The notes: generated from the sequence alone by a model not told the origin. DNA of 64,000 bases from Flavobacterium sp. (GCA_016787805.1 JAEUTY010000046.1:30016-94015), one strand, 5' to 3'; counted from the first letter of the stretch, positions 29,704-39,127 are shown. Translations and numbers: made by a program.

Positions 29704-30801
29704 CTAATTGGGCAATTGCACTTTAGCACCGTTATACAATTTACCTTCTGCTGACACGATGTACTTCTCGTTAGCGGCTAATCCGGATAAGACTTCAACT
29801 TGGCTACCAAAAGATTTTCCGATGCGCAACCAGCGTAAAATGGCTGTATTTCCGTTGCCAACTGTATAAATTCCGGTGAGTTGACCTTGTTTGACCAATG
29901 CGCTTTCAGGAACTATAACTTTATCAGAAACAACTGTAGTAGCTTCTTTTTTATTCGCCACAGGAAACTGGACATTGACAAACATTCCGGATAAAATTGA
30001 TTTGTCTGTTTGTGTCAAATTGACTTTTACCAAATATTGTCCGCCTGTATTTTTAGCCGAACCACTCACTTCCGAAACTTTTCCAGTCACTTCTTTATTA
30101 AGAGATTTAATCAACACTTTTACAGCCATTCCGTTCGTAATAGAAGAAATATCACTTTCAGAAACCATTGAAGTTACTTGCATACGCGATGCTCCTTCAA
30201 TGCTAACTAATGGCATTCCCGGATTGGCCATATCGCCTTCTTTTATATAAGTATTGGTGATTTCTCCCGAAAATGGTGCGGAAATGTTCGAATAACTAAA
30301 CTGCGCCATGACTTCATTTCGCATTTGACGCGCACCTTCTAAAGTTGCTTTGGCCATTTCGTAACGCGCAGTCATGTCGTCTAATTCTTTTTGCGATGCA
30401 CTTTGTTGAGCATATAAATTCACAAAACGATCATAATCTTTTTTAGCATTGTTGTACGCCGCAGTCGCTTGTAAAATAGAAGCGTCTACTTGTGCTTTTT
30501 TTGCGTGTAAATCAGTGTTGTTGATGCTGACTAATAATTGTCCGGCTCCGACTTTTTGTCCGACTTTTACATGTACTTTTGTTACGTAACCCATCATGCG
30601 CGTGCTTAAATTGGCGCTGTTTTCGGCTTCGATTTTTCCGCTGGCGGTTACAAACGGACTGTTGTTGTCGTTGTTGATTCCGCTTACTTGAACTTTAATA
30701 GCTGGTTCGTTATTGGAGGTTTCTTTTTTGTCTTTTCCACACGAAAAAAGAGTGAGAACTAATAAAAAGACAGTTAGTATTGAATATATTTTCTTCATCA
30801 T
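29704..30801 (-). CDS. RND efflux periplasmic adaptor (membrane fusion protein)
   Basis: 365 aa with a lipoprotein signal (LTLFSC) and a biotinyl-lipoyl-like, coiled-coil hairpin and beta-barrel layout. Confidence 0.85.
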   Translation of the reverse strand: MMKKIYSILTVFLLVLTLFSCGKDKKETSNNEPAIKVQVSGINNDNNSPFVTASGKIEAENSANLSTRMMGYVTKVHVKVGQKVGAGQLLVSINNTDLHAKKAQVDASILQATAAYNNAKKDYDRFVNLYAQQSASQKELDDMTARYEMAKATLEGARQMRNEVMAQFSYSNISAPFSGEITNTYIKEGDMANPGMPLVSIEGASRMQVTSMVSESDISSITNGMAVKVLIKSLNKEVTGKVSEVSGSAKNTGGQYLVKVNLTQTDKSILSGMFVNVQFPVANKKEATTVVSDKVIVPESALVKQGQLTGIYTVGNGNTAILRWLRIGKSFGSQVEVLSGLAANEKYIVSAEGKLYNGAKVQLPN

Positions 30802-30846
30802 TTTAAAATTGATATTGATTTTTGAAATTGATATTGTAATTGATTT

Positions 30847-32160
30847 TTATTTCGTTAAAAACTGTAAATACTGTTTGGTGAAATTGTATTCGAAAATGGC
30901 TTGCAGGTGTTCTAATTCTTTTTGAATCATTTGGGTTTCTGACGTCAATAAATCGGTGGTTTTTTCTAAACCTTGCGCGTATCGATTTTGGCGAATACGA
31001 AACGCTTCTTGCGATTGTTCAAAAGCCAATTGCGAAAGATTCACTTTGCTTTCGGCGTCTTTGAGTTGTCGACTTGTTTTATTTACTTCGAGTTGACTTT
31101 GTTTTTTGTATTGGTCTTTTTCGGTTTCTGACTTTTGAAATTCGGCTTTGGCTTTATCATATTTTCCGATGGATTTGTAACCGTCAAAAACATTCCACGA
31201 TAATTGCGCGCCCACTAAATAGCCTTTGGCTGAAGTTCCGAATATATTTCTATCGTACAATTCATAACTACCAAAAGCATTCAATCTTGGCAAAAAAGTA
31301 GTTTTGGCCGATTGTAGCATTTTGCTATACGCTTCAGACGATTTGCTCATTGCCTGAATGTCTTTTCTATTTTCGGAAAGCGTTGGATTAATAGGTTCAA
31401 TTATTATAGTGTTTTCAAGTTCTTCTGTTGGTTTGTACAATTTATCTTTTGCCTCTTCATTCAATAAAAAAGCGAGATAATCAGATGCATTTTGCACATT
31501 ACTTTTGGCGTACTGCAATTGGTTTTCGATTTCGTTGACACGTACTTGAACATTCAATACATCGGTTTTTTGCAACATGCCATTATTAAAATAATTCTGT
31601 ACCAATTTCAAGTTTTCTTTGGCTGTTGTATTGGCTTTTTCCAACACTTTCACAGCTCTGTAAGTCAACTGTAATTGCATGTAAGCCTTGGAAACTTCTA
31701 ATTCCAAATACTCTTTGGTGCGTTCGGATTGTAGTTGATACGCTTCCATTTTAGCTTTGGCTGCTTTGCGTTCGAATAATCCATCCACATTGATTAAGGG
31801 TTGTTGGATTTCAAATTTGGTAGCAAAATTTTGAGTCGTTTCAGGATTGTTTAATAAATCAGGATTAAAATCAGAAGGTGTCAAAATTTCCTGATTCAAT
31901 TTAGATCCGAAAGCCATTAGTGGATTGGTAGTTGAAATTCCTGTATGCGAAACATTCATATTTGGCAAGAATAATGCTCTCGACTGACTGTAATCGGCTT
32001 TGGCGGAAGCATATGATTGTTCAGCAATTTTAATTTGTAGATTTTTATCGGAAAGCTTTTGCAACAAATCGTTTTTGGAAATGGATAACGTATCTTGACC
32101 AAATCCGAAGAACGAACTCAAAAGTAGTGCTGGAAAAAGGATGTAACTGATTTGTTTCAT
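30847..32160 (-). CDS. TolC-family outer membrane efflux protein
   Basis: 437 aa with a signal peptide and two repeated coiled-coil/beta halves. It is the first gene of the efflux operon. Confidence 0.85.
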   Translation of the reverse strand: MKQISYILFPALLLSSFFGFGQDTLSISKNDLLQKLSDKNLQIKIAEQSYASAKADYSQSRALFLPNMNVSHTGISTTNPLMAFGSKLNQEILTPSDFNPDLLNNPETTQNFATKFEIQQPLINVDGLFERKAAKAKMEAYQLQSERTKEYLELEVSKAYMQLQLTYRAVKVLEKANTTAKENLKLVQNYFNNGMLQKTDVLNVQVRVNEIENQLQYAKSNVQNASDYLAFLLNEEAKDKLYKPTEELENTIIIEPINPTLSENRKDIQAMSKSSEAYSKMLQSAKTTFLPRLNAFGSYELYDRNIFGTSAKGYLVGAQLSWNVFDGYKSIGKYDKAKAEFQKSETEKDQYKKQSQLEVNKTSRQLKDAESKVNLSQLAFEQSQEAFRIRQNRYAQGLEKTTDLLTSETQMIQKELEHLQAIFEYNFTKQYLQFLTK

Positions 32161-32183
32161 AATTATTCATCTGAATTATGAAG

Positions 32184-32191
32184 CAAAAATA
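32184..32191 (-). promoter_or_regulatory. -7 promoter box (TATTTTTG) for the efflux operon
   Basis: TAnnTTTG match on the minus strand, about 24 nt upstream of the ATG at 32160. Confidence 0.4.
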
Positions 32192-32251
32192 GAAGAGTAA
32201 AAATGCGCTGACAGTAACAAGTGTTACTGTGTAACTTAGGTTACAAAAAAA

Positions 32252-32273
32252 AGTGCTCAATTGCTTGAACACT
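32252..32273 (-). terminator. Rho-independent terminator after the Kelch-like T9SS gene
   Basis: The minus strand has AGTGTTCAA-GCAA-TTGAGCACT followed by T8. Confidence 0.65.
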
Positions 32274-32296
32274 TTTTAAATTATTAAAGTTTTGAA

Positions 32297-33895
32297 CTAT
32301 TGAATCACCACTTTTTGTGAAACATAAAATTTATTATCAAAAACAAACGTTATTATCACCGTTTGATTAGAGGCATTTTCCAAATCAAAATCCATCACAT
32401 TTTCACCTGGCGCTGTATCTTCAATTTCGCCATCAGCGATGATTTTTCCATCGATGGTAGATACAAGATAATCGATTGTAGTTGCATACGCCATAGTAAA
32501 ATTGATTTTCACAACATTATTTGAAGTTGGATTGGGTGAAACCGTCATTGAAAACGGATTTTTTCCATCTACTTGAAATACATTTAATGGCTCATTTCGA
32601 ATTAATTTTACTTCATAAATGGTTGCGTTCGCACTAGTTGTATTGGTTTGATTCACACTAAACGGATTTTGCGTCGGACTACTCAAACCGCCAACAATAT
32701 GTCCAATTACAAATTCCTCATCTGTAATTTCATCCAATTTAATCACTTCATTTTCAAAATGTGGCAATGATTTGTTTGGAATGAATTCGGCACTTGCGCC
32801 TTTCAAACTCGGCATGGTTTCGGGCATTTGATATTCTTGCAACGAACCATCAGCAAAGCGAGTAGTTCTACTAATGGTGTTTACAAAAGGCACACTATTA
32901 TCTTGAACCAAAGTCGTTCCGTTGTAATAATACTGACTCATTCCTCCAAAAAATAAATTGTGCATTCGATTGTTGACAGCATCGTACAAACACGATTTGG
33001 CGCTGTGGTAGTTGCTCAAATATTGATTGAAAGTAGTTTGCGGGAAATAACCCGATTCTTTGATATCAACAGGATAGAGAAAAGGCAAATCAACATTGAT
33101 TTGAAAAACGCCCGACGAAATCGTGTAACCTTCTGAACCATCAGGGAATATTTGTGGTAGCAAGTTGTAATCGCGTCGGTGCAAATGAACGGCATCCGTA
33201 ATGACTTGGTAATTGGAAATGCTCAATTGCGAACCCGAATTGTCAATTTCAAACTTTTTGATACCATTGGTATACGTTTGTGTAAAAGTCGGATTGTTCA
33301 TTGGGTTGTATCTTCCGTCAAAACGATGTCCACCAACCAAATAAAACGTAGAGCCAATTTTACCCAATTGTCCGCCATTAACAGCCAAATTTTCATCGGT
33401 CATTTGTTTGAAATAACTAGAAATGGACGAACCGTTGACAATGGAATTGATTAAGTTCGGAACATCAACCGAAGTTAATTTGTTGAAGGTAATATGATCA
33501 TTGGCTGTAGCCGAAAAAGCGTAGCCGCCAATAATGTAGAGCGTTTCACCATCTTGATAGAAATTGAAATTTGTGGCTTGTAATTGCTCTTTCAACGAAG
33601 TAGACAACGAATTGACTGAAGCCGACCAAAACTGATTAGTAGCCACATCAACCACAAAAATAGAAGTGTTGTTACTCGAAGCAGGAAACGCGTTAAAAGG
33701 TTGACGTGCGTGAATTCCGTCGACTCTTCCACCAATGATGAGCCATTTACCGTTGTGTTGCGCAAAGGCATACGAGTGAATTCCAGGAAAATTCGGAATG
33801 GTTATCGGATTTAATTGTATTTGATAATCGAAAGTAGATTGTGAGAATAAAGTACTTGCAATTAGAAAAAATACAATGCTATAAATTGTTTTCAT
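32297..33895 (-). CDS. Kelch/beta-propeller-like secreted protein with a T9SS type-A C-terminal sorting domain
   Basis: I took the start at MKTIYSIVFFLIASTLFSQ. It has repeated GG..GG propeller-like blades and a C-terminal ~80 aa (VSPNPTSNNVVKINF...KVVIQ) typical of the Por secretion tail. Confidence 0.6.
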   Translation of the reverse strand: MKTIYSIVFFLIASTLFSQSTFDYQIQLNPITIPNFPGIHSYAFAQHNGKWLIIGGRVDGIHARQPFNAFPASSNNTSIFVVDVATNQFWSASVNSLSTSLKEQLQATNFNFYQDGETLYIIGGYAFSATANDHITFNKLTSVDVPNLINSIVNGSSISSYFKQMTDENLAVNGGQLGKIGSTFYLVGGHRFDGRYNPMNNPTFTQTYTNGIKKFEIDNSGSQLSISNYQVITDAVHLHRRDYNLLPQIFPDGSEGYTISSGVFQINVDLPFLYPVDIKESGYFPQTTFNQYLSNYHSAKSCLYDAVNNRMHNLFFGGMSQYYYNGTTLVQDNSVPFVNTISRTTRFADGSLQEYQMPETMPSLKGASAEFIPNKSLPHFENEVIKLDEITDEEFVIGHIVGGLSSPTQNPFSVNQTNTTSANATIYEVKLIRNEPLNVFQVDGKNPFSMTVSPNPTSNNVVKINFTMAYATTIDYLVSTIDGKIIADGEIEDTAPGENVMDFDLENASNQTVIITFVFDNKFYVSQKVVIQ

Positions 33896-33967
33896 CTTTT
33901 TAGGTTTAGGCAATAGCTGTACAGTGCCTATGAAAATAGACACTATACTTTACTATTACATTTTCAT

Positions 33968-34189
33968 TTATGATTTTTTCTCTTCTGTTTTTTTAGAAGA
34001 ACAACATCCGCCTTTTTTATCCGTTCCACATGATTTTTTCTCGTCTGTTGAGCACGATTTTTTTTCATCAGCAGAACATGATTTTTCGGTTTTTGCTTTT
34101 TGTTTTTTCTGTTTCGGACCTTGTTGAGCGTTTGCGTTCATAGAAAAGAACAAGGCCATAACTGCAAATATTGAAACTATTTTTTTCAT
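33968..34189 (-). CDS. Small secreted Lys/Cys-rich repeat protein
   Basis: 73 aa with a clear signal peptide (MKKIVSIFAVMALFFSMNANAQ). The mature part holds three 8-aa repeats, EK(K)SC(S/G)xD, then GGCCSSKK. A DNA-level 24-nt periodicity is visible. Confidence 0.55.
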   Translation of the reverse strand: MKKIVSIFAVMALFFSMNANAQQGPKQKKQKAKTEKSCSADEKKSCSTDEKKSCGTDKKGGCCSSKKTEEKKS

Positions 34190-34213
34190 TTTTTATTTAT
34201 TTAAAATTTAATA

Positions 34214-34567
34214 CTAATTGTAATTTGTTTTTAAGCTATATAAAAATGACTCGGGCGGTTGCCAAATAGTAACGTTGTAGTGTGAAACGAAGTTTTTGTG
34301 GTATTCTATATTTTCTTTTTGAGGAACAAAAACGAAGTTGGTTTTCAGCTCGAAATTGTTAGTAAACAAAACATATGTATAGTGAGTAAAGCTAAAGTTG
34401 AGCAGGCATTTTTCTTTCGGGCAAGCACCATCTGTTTCGTCTGATGAATTGTTTTTGTGACACGAAGATTCACAATTTTCGGCAAAATGCATCTTAATTA
34501 CTTTCACTGCAGGCAACACAGTCAAAGCACTAAAATAGAAGAATACGAAAAGAGCAAAGTATTTCAT
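34214..34567 (-). CDS. Small exported or membrane-anchored hypothetical protein with a Cys cluster
   Basis: 117 aa with an N-terminal hydrophobic segment followed by CESSCHKNNSSDETDGACPKEKC. I recognise no confident family. Confidence 0.45.
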   Translation of the reverse strand: MKYFALFVFFYFSALTVLPAVKVIKMHFAENCESSCHKNNSSDETDGACPKEKCLLNFSFTHYTYVLFTNNFELKTNFVFVPQKENIEYHKNFVSHYNVTIWQPPESFLYSLKTNYN

Positions 34568-34620
34568 CTTGTAAAATTACAAGCTTATTTTCATTTTTTT
34601 TGTAACTATTGTTACTTAAT

Positions 34621-35181
34621 TCAAAATCCTCTTTTGTGGAGGTACTTTTGGTATAATCTGAAGAAAACAAAACCCAACATTCCTCCAAAAGCATAACCTG
34701 TTAAAATGTCGGTTGGGAAGTGAACACCAAGGTAAATTCGGCTATAAGCAAAAATTAGTGGGTAAAGGAAAACCAAGAAAACATACTTGTAATAGCGTTT
34801 CAGAATCAAATAAATGAACGTCATTGTGGCCATTGAATTGGCGGCATGACCTGAAAAGAAACTGAACGTATCTGATTGGTGAACTATGCGAATAATGTCT
34901 TTAATTTCGGGATCATTGCACGGGCGAAGTCGTTGGAAAGTTACTTTACAAAACTCAACAGTTTCATTACCAATTAAAAGAAGAACAGCAATAAACAGTA
35001 CAGCTATTCCTAAATTTTTCCAGCCAATTTTTCTTTGCAAAAGAAACGCTAAAAGTAAAAAAAATGGCGTCCAGTGAAATTGTTTTGTAATGAACAACCA
35101 AAGCGCATCAAAAGTTGGCGAACCCAATCCGTTAAGGAAAACGAAGACTTTTTTATCGAGATCGACTAGCTTTTCCAACAT
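34621..35181 (-). CDS. PAP2-family lipid phosphatase
   Basis: Motifs KxxxxxxRP (FQRLRPCN), SGH (FFSGHAAN) and SRxxxxxHxxxD (SRIYLGVHFPTD). Confidence 0.8.
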   Translation of the reverse strand: MLEKLVDLDKKVFVFLNGLGSPTFDALWLFITKQFHWTPFFLLLAFLLQRKIGWKNLGIAVLFIAVLLLIGNETVEFCKVTFQRLRPCNDPEIKDIIRIVHQSDTFSFFSGHAANSMATMTFIYLILKRYYKYVFLVFLYPLIFAYSRIYLGVHFPTDILTGYAFGGMLGFVFFRLYQKYLHKRGF

Positions 35182-35504
35182 TACATTTGGCGTTTGATTG
35201 GACCCGATAATTCGTCTAGATCATCTTTCATTGCGTCAATTGGATTGGACAAATTGGTATCCAGACTTCCTTTTACGCTTTCTACTTCTTTAGTAAAAGA
35301 GGATGTTAATTCATTGATGGAAGTATCCAAACCATTGGCTTCGGCACTTTTTTTGATTTCCGATTTGATTTCATTGGTAGCGTTTTTGAGTTGTGCCATT
35401 CCTTTTCCAAGATTGCGAGCAATCACCGGAATTTTATCTGTACCGAAAAGCATCAAGGCAATGAAAATGATGAATATTAATTCGCCGCCACCTATTCCAA
35501 ACAT
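35181..35504 (-). CDS. tatA: Twin-arginine translocase subunit TatA/E
   Basis: 107 aa. The N-terminus MFGIGGGELIFIIFIALMLFGTDKIP is the canonical TatA TM plus amphipathic helix. Confidence 0.85.
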   Translation of the reverse strand: MFGIGGGELIFIIFIALMLFGTDKIPVIARNLGKGMAQLKNATNEIKSEIKKSAEANGLDTSINELTSSFTKEVESVKGSLDTNLSNPIDAMKDDLDELSGPIKRQM

Positions 35505-35540
35505 AGTTTTAAAATTTATTGTGCAAAGTTACAAACTAAA

Positions 35541-37760
35541 TTAATCAAATTTGGATTTTACTTCTTCTTTTGGCCACGAATTATTTGTGGTATCAATATC
35601 GGCCGTTTCTTCTTTAGGATCGACTTTTATTTTTACTATCGCTTTATCCGTTGCAAAAGTTCTGTTGGCTTCTTTGTCATTCATACGCCAAATTTGAGCT
35701 GGAAAATGATGTAATTCAGTGGTACCATCTTCAAAAGTCAACTCAACAATAATTGGCATTACCAATCCGCCTGGCTTATTAAAAGTTACTTGATAAAAAT
35801 ATTTTGGTGTTTTTAACTTGGCTTGCTCTTCCTTAGTAAATGTCTTTTCAACATATTCTTGAAGTGTTTTGCAATCTTTAATTTCGAAAGGCTTGTTCAT
35901 TTCGGGTTTGTAACTTTCACTTCCATCAGCAATCATATACACCATCGGTCCTTCAATACGGTTTCTTCTACGACGTGTTTTTAAAAAGTCTTTTACTTCT
36001 TTAGAAGGTTCATTGCTTACAAAATATTTATTCACTTCTTTGATTCCAATATCGTTGTAATCTGTAGTATAGAACCAACCTCTCCAAAACCAATCCAAAT
36101 CGAATGCGGATGCATCTTCCATTGTTCGGAAGAAATCTTCTGGTGTTGGATGCTTGAATTTCCATCGATTGGCGTACGTTTTGAATGCATAATCAAACAA
36201 TTCTCTTCCCATAATAGTTTCACGAAGAATGTTGAGTCCAGCTGCTGGTTTTCCATAAGCATTATTGCCAAATTGACGGATGCTTTCCGAATTGCTCATA
36301 ATGGGTTCCAACCCTCTTTGATCACCACTCATATAAGGAACAATTTTATTGGCTGGGCCTCGATCGGCTGGAAATTTTGGATCCCATTCTATTAAAGCCA
36401 TATACTCCATAAACGAGTTCAACCCTTCGTCCATCCACGTCCACTGACGCTCATCTGAATTGACAATCATTGGGAAAAAGTTGTGTCCCACTTCGTGAAC
36501 AATTACACTCATCATGCCGTGTTTTACTCTGTCGGAATATTTCCCATCGGCGTCTGGGCGACCCCAATTCCAGCAAATCATTGGATATTCCATTCCTTGA
36601 TCTTCGGCATTGATTGAAATGGCTTTTGGATAAGGATAATCAAAAGTGTGACTTGAGTAACTTTTTAAAGTATGCGCTACAATTCGAGTAGAATATTCCT
36701 CCCAAAGTGGATTTCCTTCTTTAGGATAGAGTGAAATTGCCATTGTTGTTCTTGTGGCTAATTTCACCGCCATAGCGTCGTAAATGAATTTCCTTGAGGT
36801 TGAAATTCCAAAATCGCGCACGTTAGTAGCTTTGAATTTCCAGGTTTTTTTCAGTGTTGAAAAGCCTTTCTCTGCTGCTTCTGCTTCAGCTTGAGTTACA
36901 ACAATTACTGGTTTATCAAACGATTTTTCAGCTTGCGCATAACGGGCTAATTGTGCTGCCGTAAACACTTCGTTTCGGTTCAATAATTCTCCTGTTGCTT
37001 CTAAAATATGATCTGCTGGAACTGTAATATTTACATCAAAATTTCCGAAAGGAAGTGTAAACTCACCTGAACCCCAAAATTGTTGGTTTTGCCAGCCTTC
37101 AACATCATTATAAACCGCCATTCTTGGGTAAAATTGAGCGAGAATGTACAACCGATTTCCGTCTTCAAATTGCTCATAACCAGAACGTCCGCCATCTAAA
37201 CGATAATTGTTGATATTGTACCACCATTTAATTGAAAACGAAATTTTTTCGCCATGCTTCAATGGAGTTGGAAGTTCAATGCGCATCATCGTTTGATTGA
37301 TGGTGTAGTTCATCGGTTTGCCTGTAGCATCTTTTACGTATTCGATGTTGAAACCACCATCAAAATCTTCTTCTAAATATTTACGAGAAAAACCTTTCGG
37401 ACTCATCACTGGATCGGTTACATTGCTGTCAACCAATGGCGAAAGTGATTTGCGTGACTGCTGGTTTTGATCGAGTTGCATCCACAAATAATCCAAACTT
37501 TCTTTGGCATTATTGAAATACGTTACCGTTTCTTGCCCAGATAACTTTGCGTTTTTATCGTCGAGTTCGATATCAATTTTGTAATCGGCTTGTTGTTGGT
37601 AATATTCGGGTCCAGGCGCTCCAGATGCCGTACGATACATGTTGGGAGTTGCCAACAAATCATACATCTGTTTGAATTTATCTGTGTTTCTTTCGACCGT
37701 TTTATCTTGCGCCATTACCATCAAAGGAAATGCTACAAAAGCGAGTAGTATTTTTCTCAT
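35541..37760 (-). CDS. M1-family zinc metallopeptidase (secreted)
   Basis: 739 aa with a signal peptide, HEVGHNFF (HExxH) and a downstream WMDEGLNSF glutamate. Confidence 0.85.
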   Translation of the reverse strand: MRKILLAFVAFPLMVMAQDKTVERNTDKFKQMYDLLATPNMYRTASGAPGPEYYQQQADYKIDIELDDKNAKLSGQETVTYFNNAKESLDYLWMQLDQNQQSRKSLSPLVDSNVTDPVMSPKGFSRKYLEEDFDGGFNIEYVKDATGKPMNYTINQTMMRIELPTPLKHGEKISFSIKWWYNINNYRLDGGRSGYEQFEDGNRLYILAQFYPRMAVYNDVEGWQNQQFWGSGEFTLPFGNFDVNITVPADHILEATGELLNRNEVFTAAQLARYAQAEKSFDKPVIVVTQAEAEAAEKGFSTLKKTWKFKATNVRDFGISTSRKFIYDAMAVKLATRTTMAISLYPKEGNPLWEEYSTRIVAHTLKSYSSHTFDYPYPKAISINAEDQGMEYPMICWNWGRPDADGKYSDRVKHGMMSVIVHEVGHNFFPMIVNSDERQWTWMDEGLNSFMEYMALIEWDPKFPADRGPANKIVPYMSGDQRGLEPIMSNSESIRQFGNNAYGKPAAGLNILRETIMGRELFDYAFKTYANRWKFKHPTPEDFFRTMEDASAFDLDWFWRGWFYTTDYNDIGIKEVNKYFVSNEPSKEVKDFLKTRRRRNRIEGPMVYMIADGSESYKPEMNKPFEIKDCKTLQEYVEKTFTKEEQAKLKTPKYFYQVTFNKPGGLVMPIIVELTFEDGTTELHHFPAQIWRMNDKEANRTFATDKAIVKIKVDPKEETADIDTTNNSWPKEEVKSKFD

Positions 37761-37819
37761 AATAATAAATAAAGTTTATAAAAGTAATTATTTATTAAAG
37801 AGTATGGTTGCTTAGGAAA

Positions 37820-38320
37820 TTATTTTAACATTCCTTTAAAATTTTCGGAGGTGAGTAACAAGCTATTTTTGTTTCCGTTAAAGCTGGTTTGGATGATATT
37901 TTGCTGTTCATTATGGTTCTCCATAATCATGGAGTTTTCTATTTCTAGCGAACTTATTTTAGGAACAGCAGTAATTCTTAAATAACAAATCAAAACGTTG
38001 TCTTCGGTTTCTTTGCTTAAAAATTCGAGGTTTTTGGCTTGACCATTTACCTTAACAACAAACTTTTCAGCAAAATATTTTTTCAAAAGTTCAACCTGTT
38101 CGGGCGATTCGTACTCGGAGGCCAAACGACTTTTTTTGTGGTATTTTTTTTCAATGGCTTCGTTGATGTCGTCGATAAAAAGTCGGCTTGTAATTTGCAG
38201 CATTTTTTTCTCCTTGGAATGATTGATCTGATGAATAGCAACGTAGAATTTGTGCATTGACCATGACGTTAGTACCAACAACAGAAATGCAAAAAAAGTA
38301 TTTTGAACCAATTTTTTCAT
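37820..38320 (-). CDS. Small exported hypothetical protein linked to the M1 peptidase (DUF6702-like from memory)
   Basis: 166 aa with an N-terminal hydrophobic segment followed by HKFYVAIHQINHSKEKKMLQITSRLFIDD. The family name is recalled, not verified. Confidence 0.45.
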   Translation of the reverse strand: MKKLVQNTFFAFLLLVLTSWSMHKFYVAIHQINHSKEKKMLQITSRLFIDDINEAIEKKYHKKSRLASEYESPEQVELLKKYFAEKFVVKVNGQAKNLEFLSKETEDNVLICYLRITAVPKISSLEIENSMIMENHNEQQNIIQTSFNGNKNSLLLTSENFKGMLK

Positions 38321-38332
38321 AACACAAATGTA

Positions 38333-39124
38333 CTATTCTTTATGAAAGGCAATACTTTTTTCCACCAAGAAATCAATCAAGGTCAAACTATTTATCCTTT
38401 CCAAAAGTTGCTTTTGATTAATTTCTTCTGAAAAACAATATTCCAAAAACAAGTTGATTTTATCGTCCTCAATATTCAATTTGTTGCGAAAAAAATCGGA
38501 ATCAAACCGTTTTCTCATTTCGACGACAAATTCTTGAGAATCATAATGTTTTATTGGTTTTGATTTTATGAACTCATCGTCATCAAACAATCGATACAAT
38601 TTTTCCCCCAATTTCACAAAGTCTACACTAGCTGGCACAGGTTGAATTGGATCGGTCATGGCCAAATTTTGCGTTGTTTTGACGCCTGTAATTTCTAAAT
38701 TCTTAAAATCAATTGAAGATAAATCTACTTTAATCAAAGGCTTGACTTTAATTCGTTTGGCATCATACGTCAAATCGCCCGTAAGTTTGAAAGCGCCAAT
38801 TTTCACCTCATCCAATTGATTCACATTCATAGTCAAATGAATAACCGAAATTAAATTTTTAAAATCGGAAGATTTCAATACGATTCTTTCCGTGTCAAAT
38901 GCTACGCTTGAAATAACTATAGTATCACCTTCACGAGCATAAATAGAAAAAAACCCTAAATCATCGGAAATTGTATTTGTTTCTAAGGTAATATTGGTAA
39001 TTGTTGCTCTTTCAACTTTTAAAGAATCACAAACAAGTACACCTTTGAAAACTTCCAATTTTCTTTGTTGAGAAAAAACAATTGAGGTAAAACCAAAAAA
39101 AATAAAAAGTAAAGATGGCTTCAT
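38333..39124 (-). CDS. Exported protein with an N-terminal carboxypeptidase-regulatory-like beta-sandwich
   Basis: 263 aa with a signal peptide. The stretch GVLVCDSLKVERATITNI...GFFSIYAREGDTIVISSVAF fits a CarboxypepD_reg pattern. Confidence 0.5.
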   Translation of the reverse strand: MKPSLLFIFFGFTSIVFSQQRKLEVFKGVLVCDSLKVERATITNITLETNTISDDLGFFSIYAREGDTIVISSVAFDTERIVLKSSDFKNLISVIHLTMNVNQLDEVKIGAFKLTGDLTYDAKRIKVKPLIKVDLSSIDFKNLEITGVKTTQNLAMTDPIQPVPASVDFVKLGEKLYRLFDDDEFIKSKPIKHYDSQEFVVEMRKRFDSDFFRNKLNIEDDKINLFLEYCFSEEINQKQLLERINSLTLIDFLVEKSIAFHKE

Positions 39125-39127
39125 GAG

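Noticed and set aside
33924-34127. 67-aa plus-strand ORF with HDFFSS repeats
   Set aside because: It is the mirror image of the minus-strand Lys/Cys repeat gene. Only the minus-strand product has a canonical signal peptide and a sensible start context.
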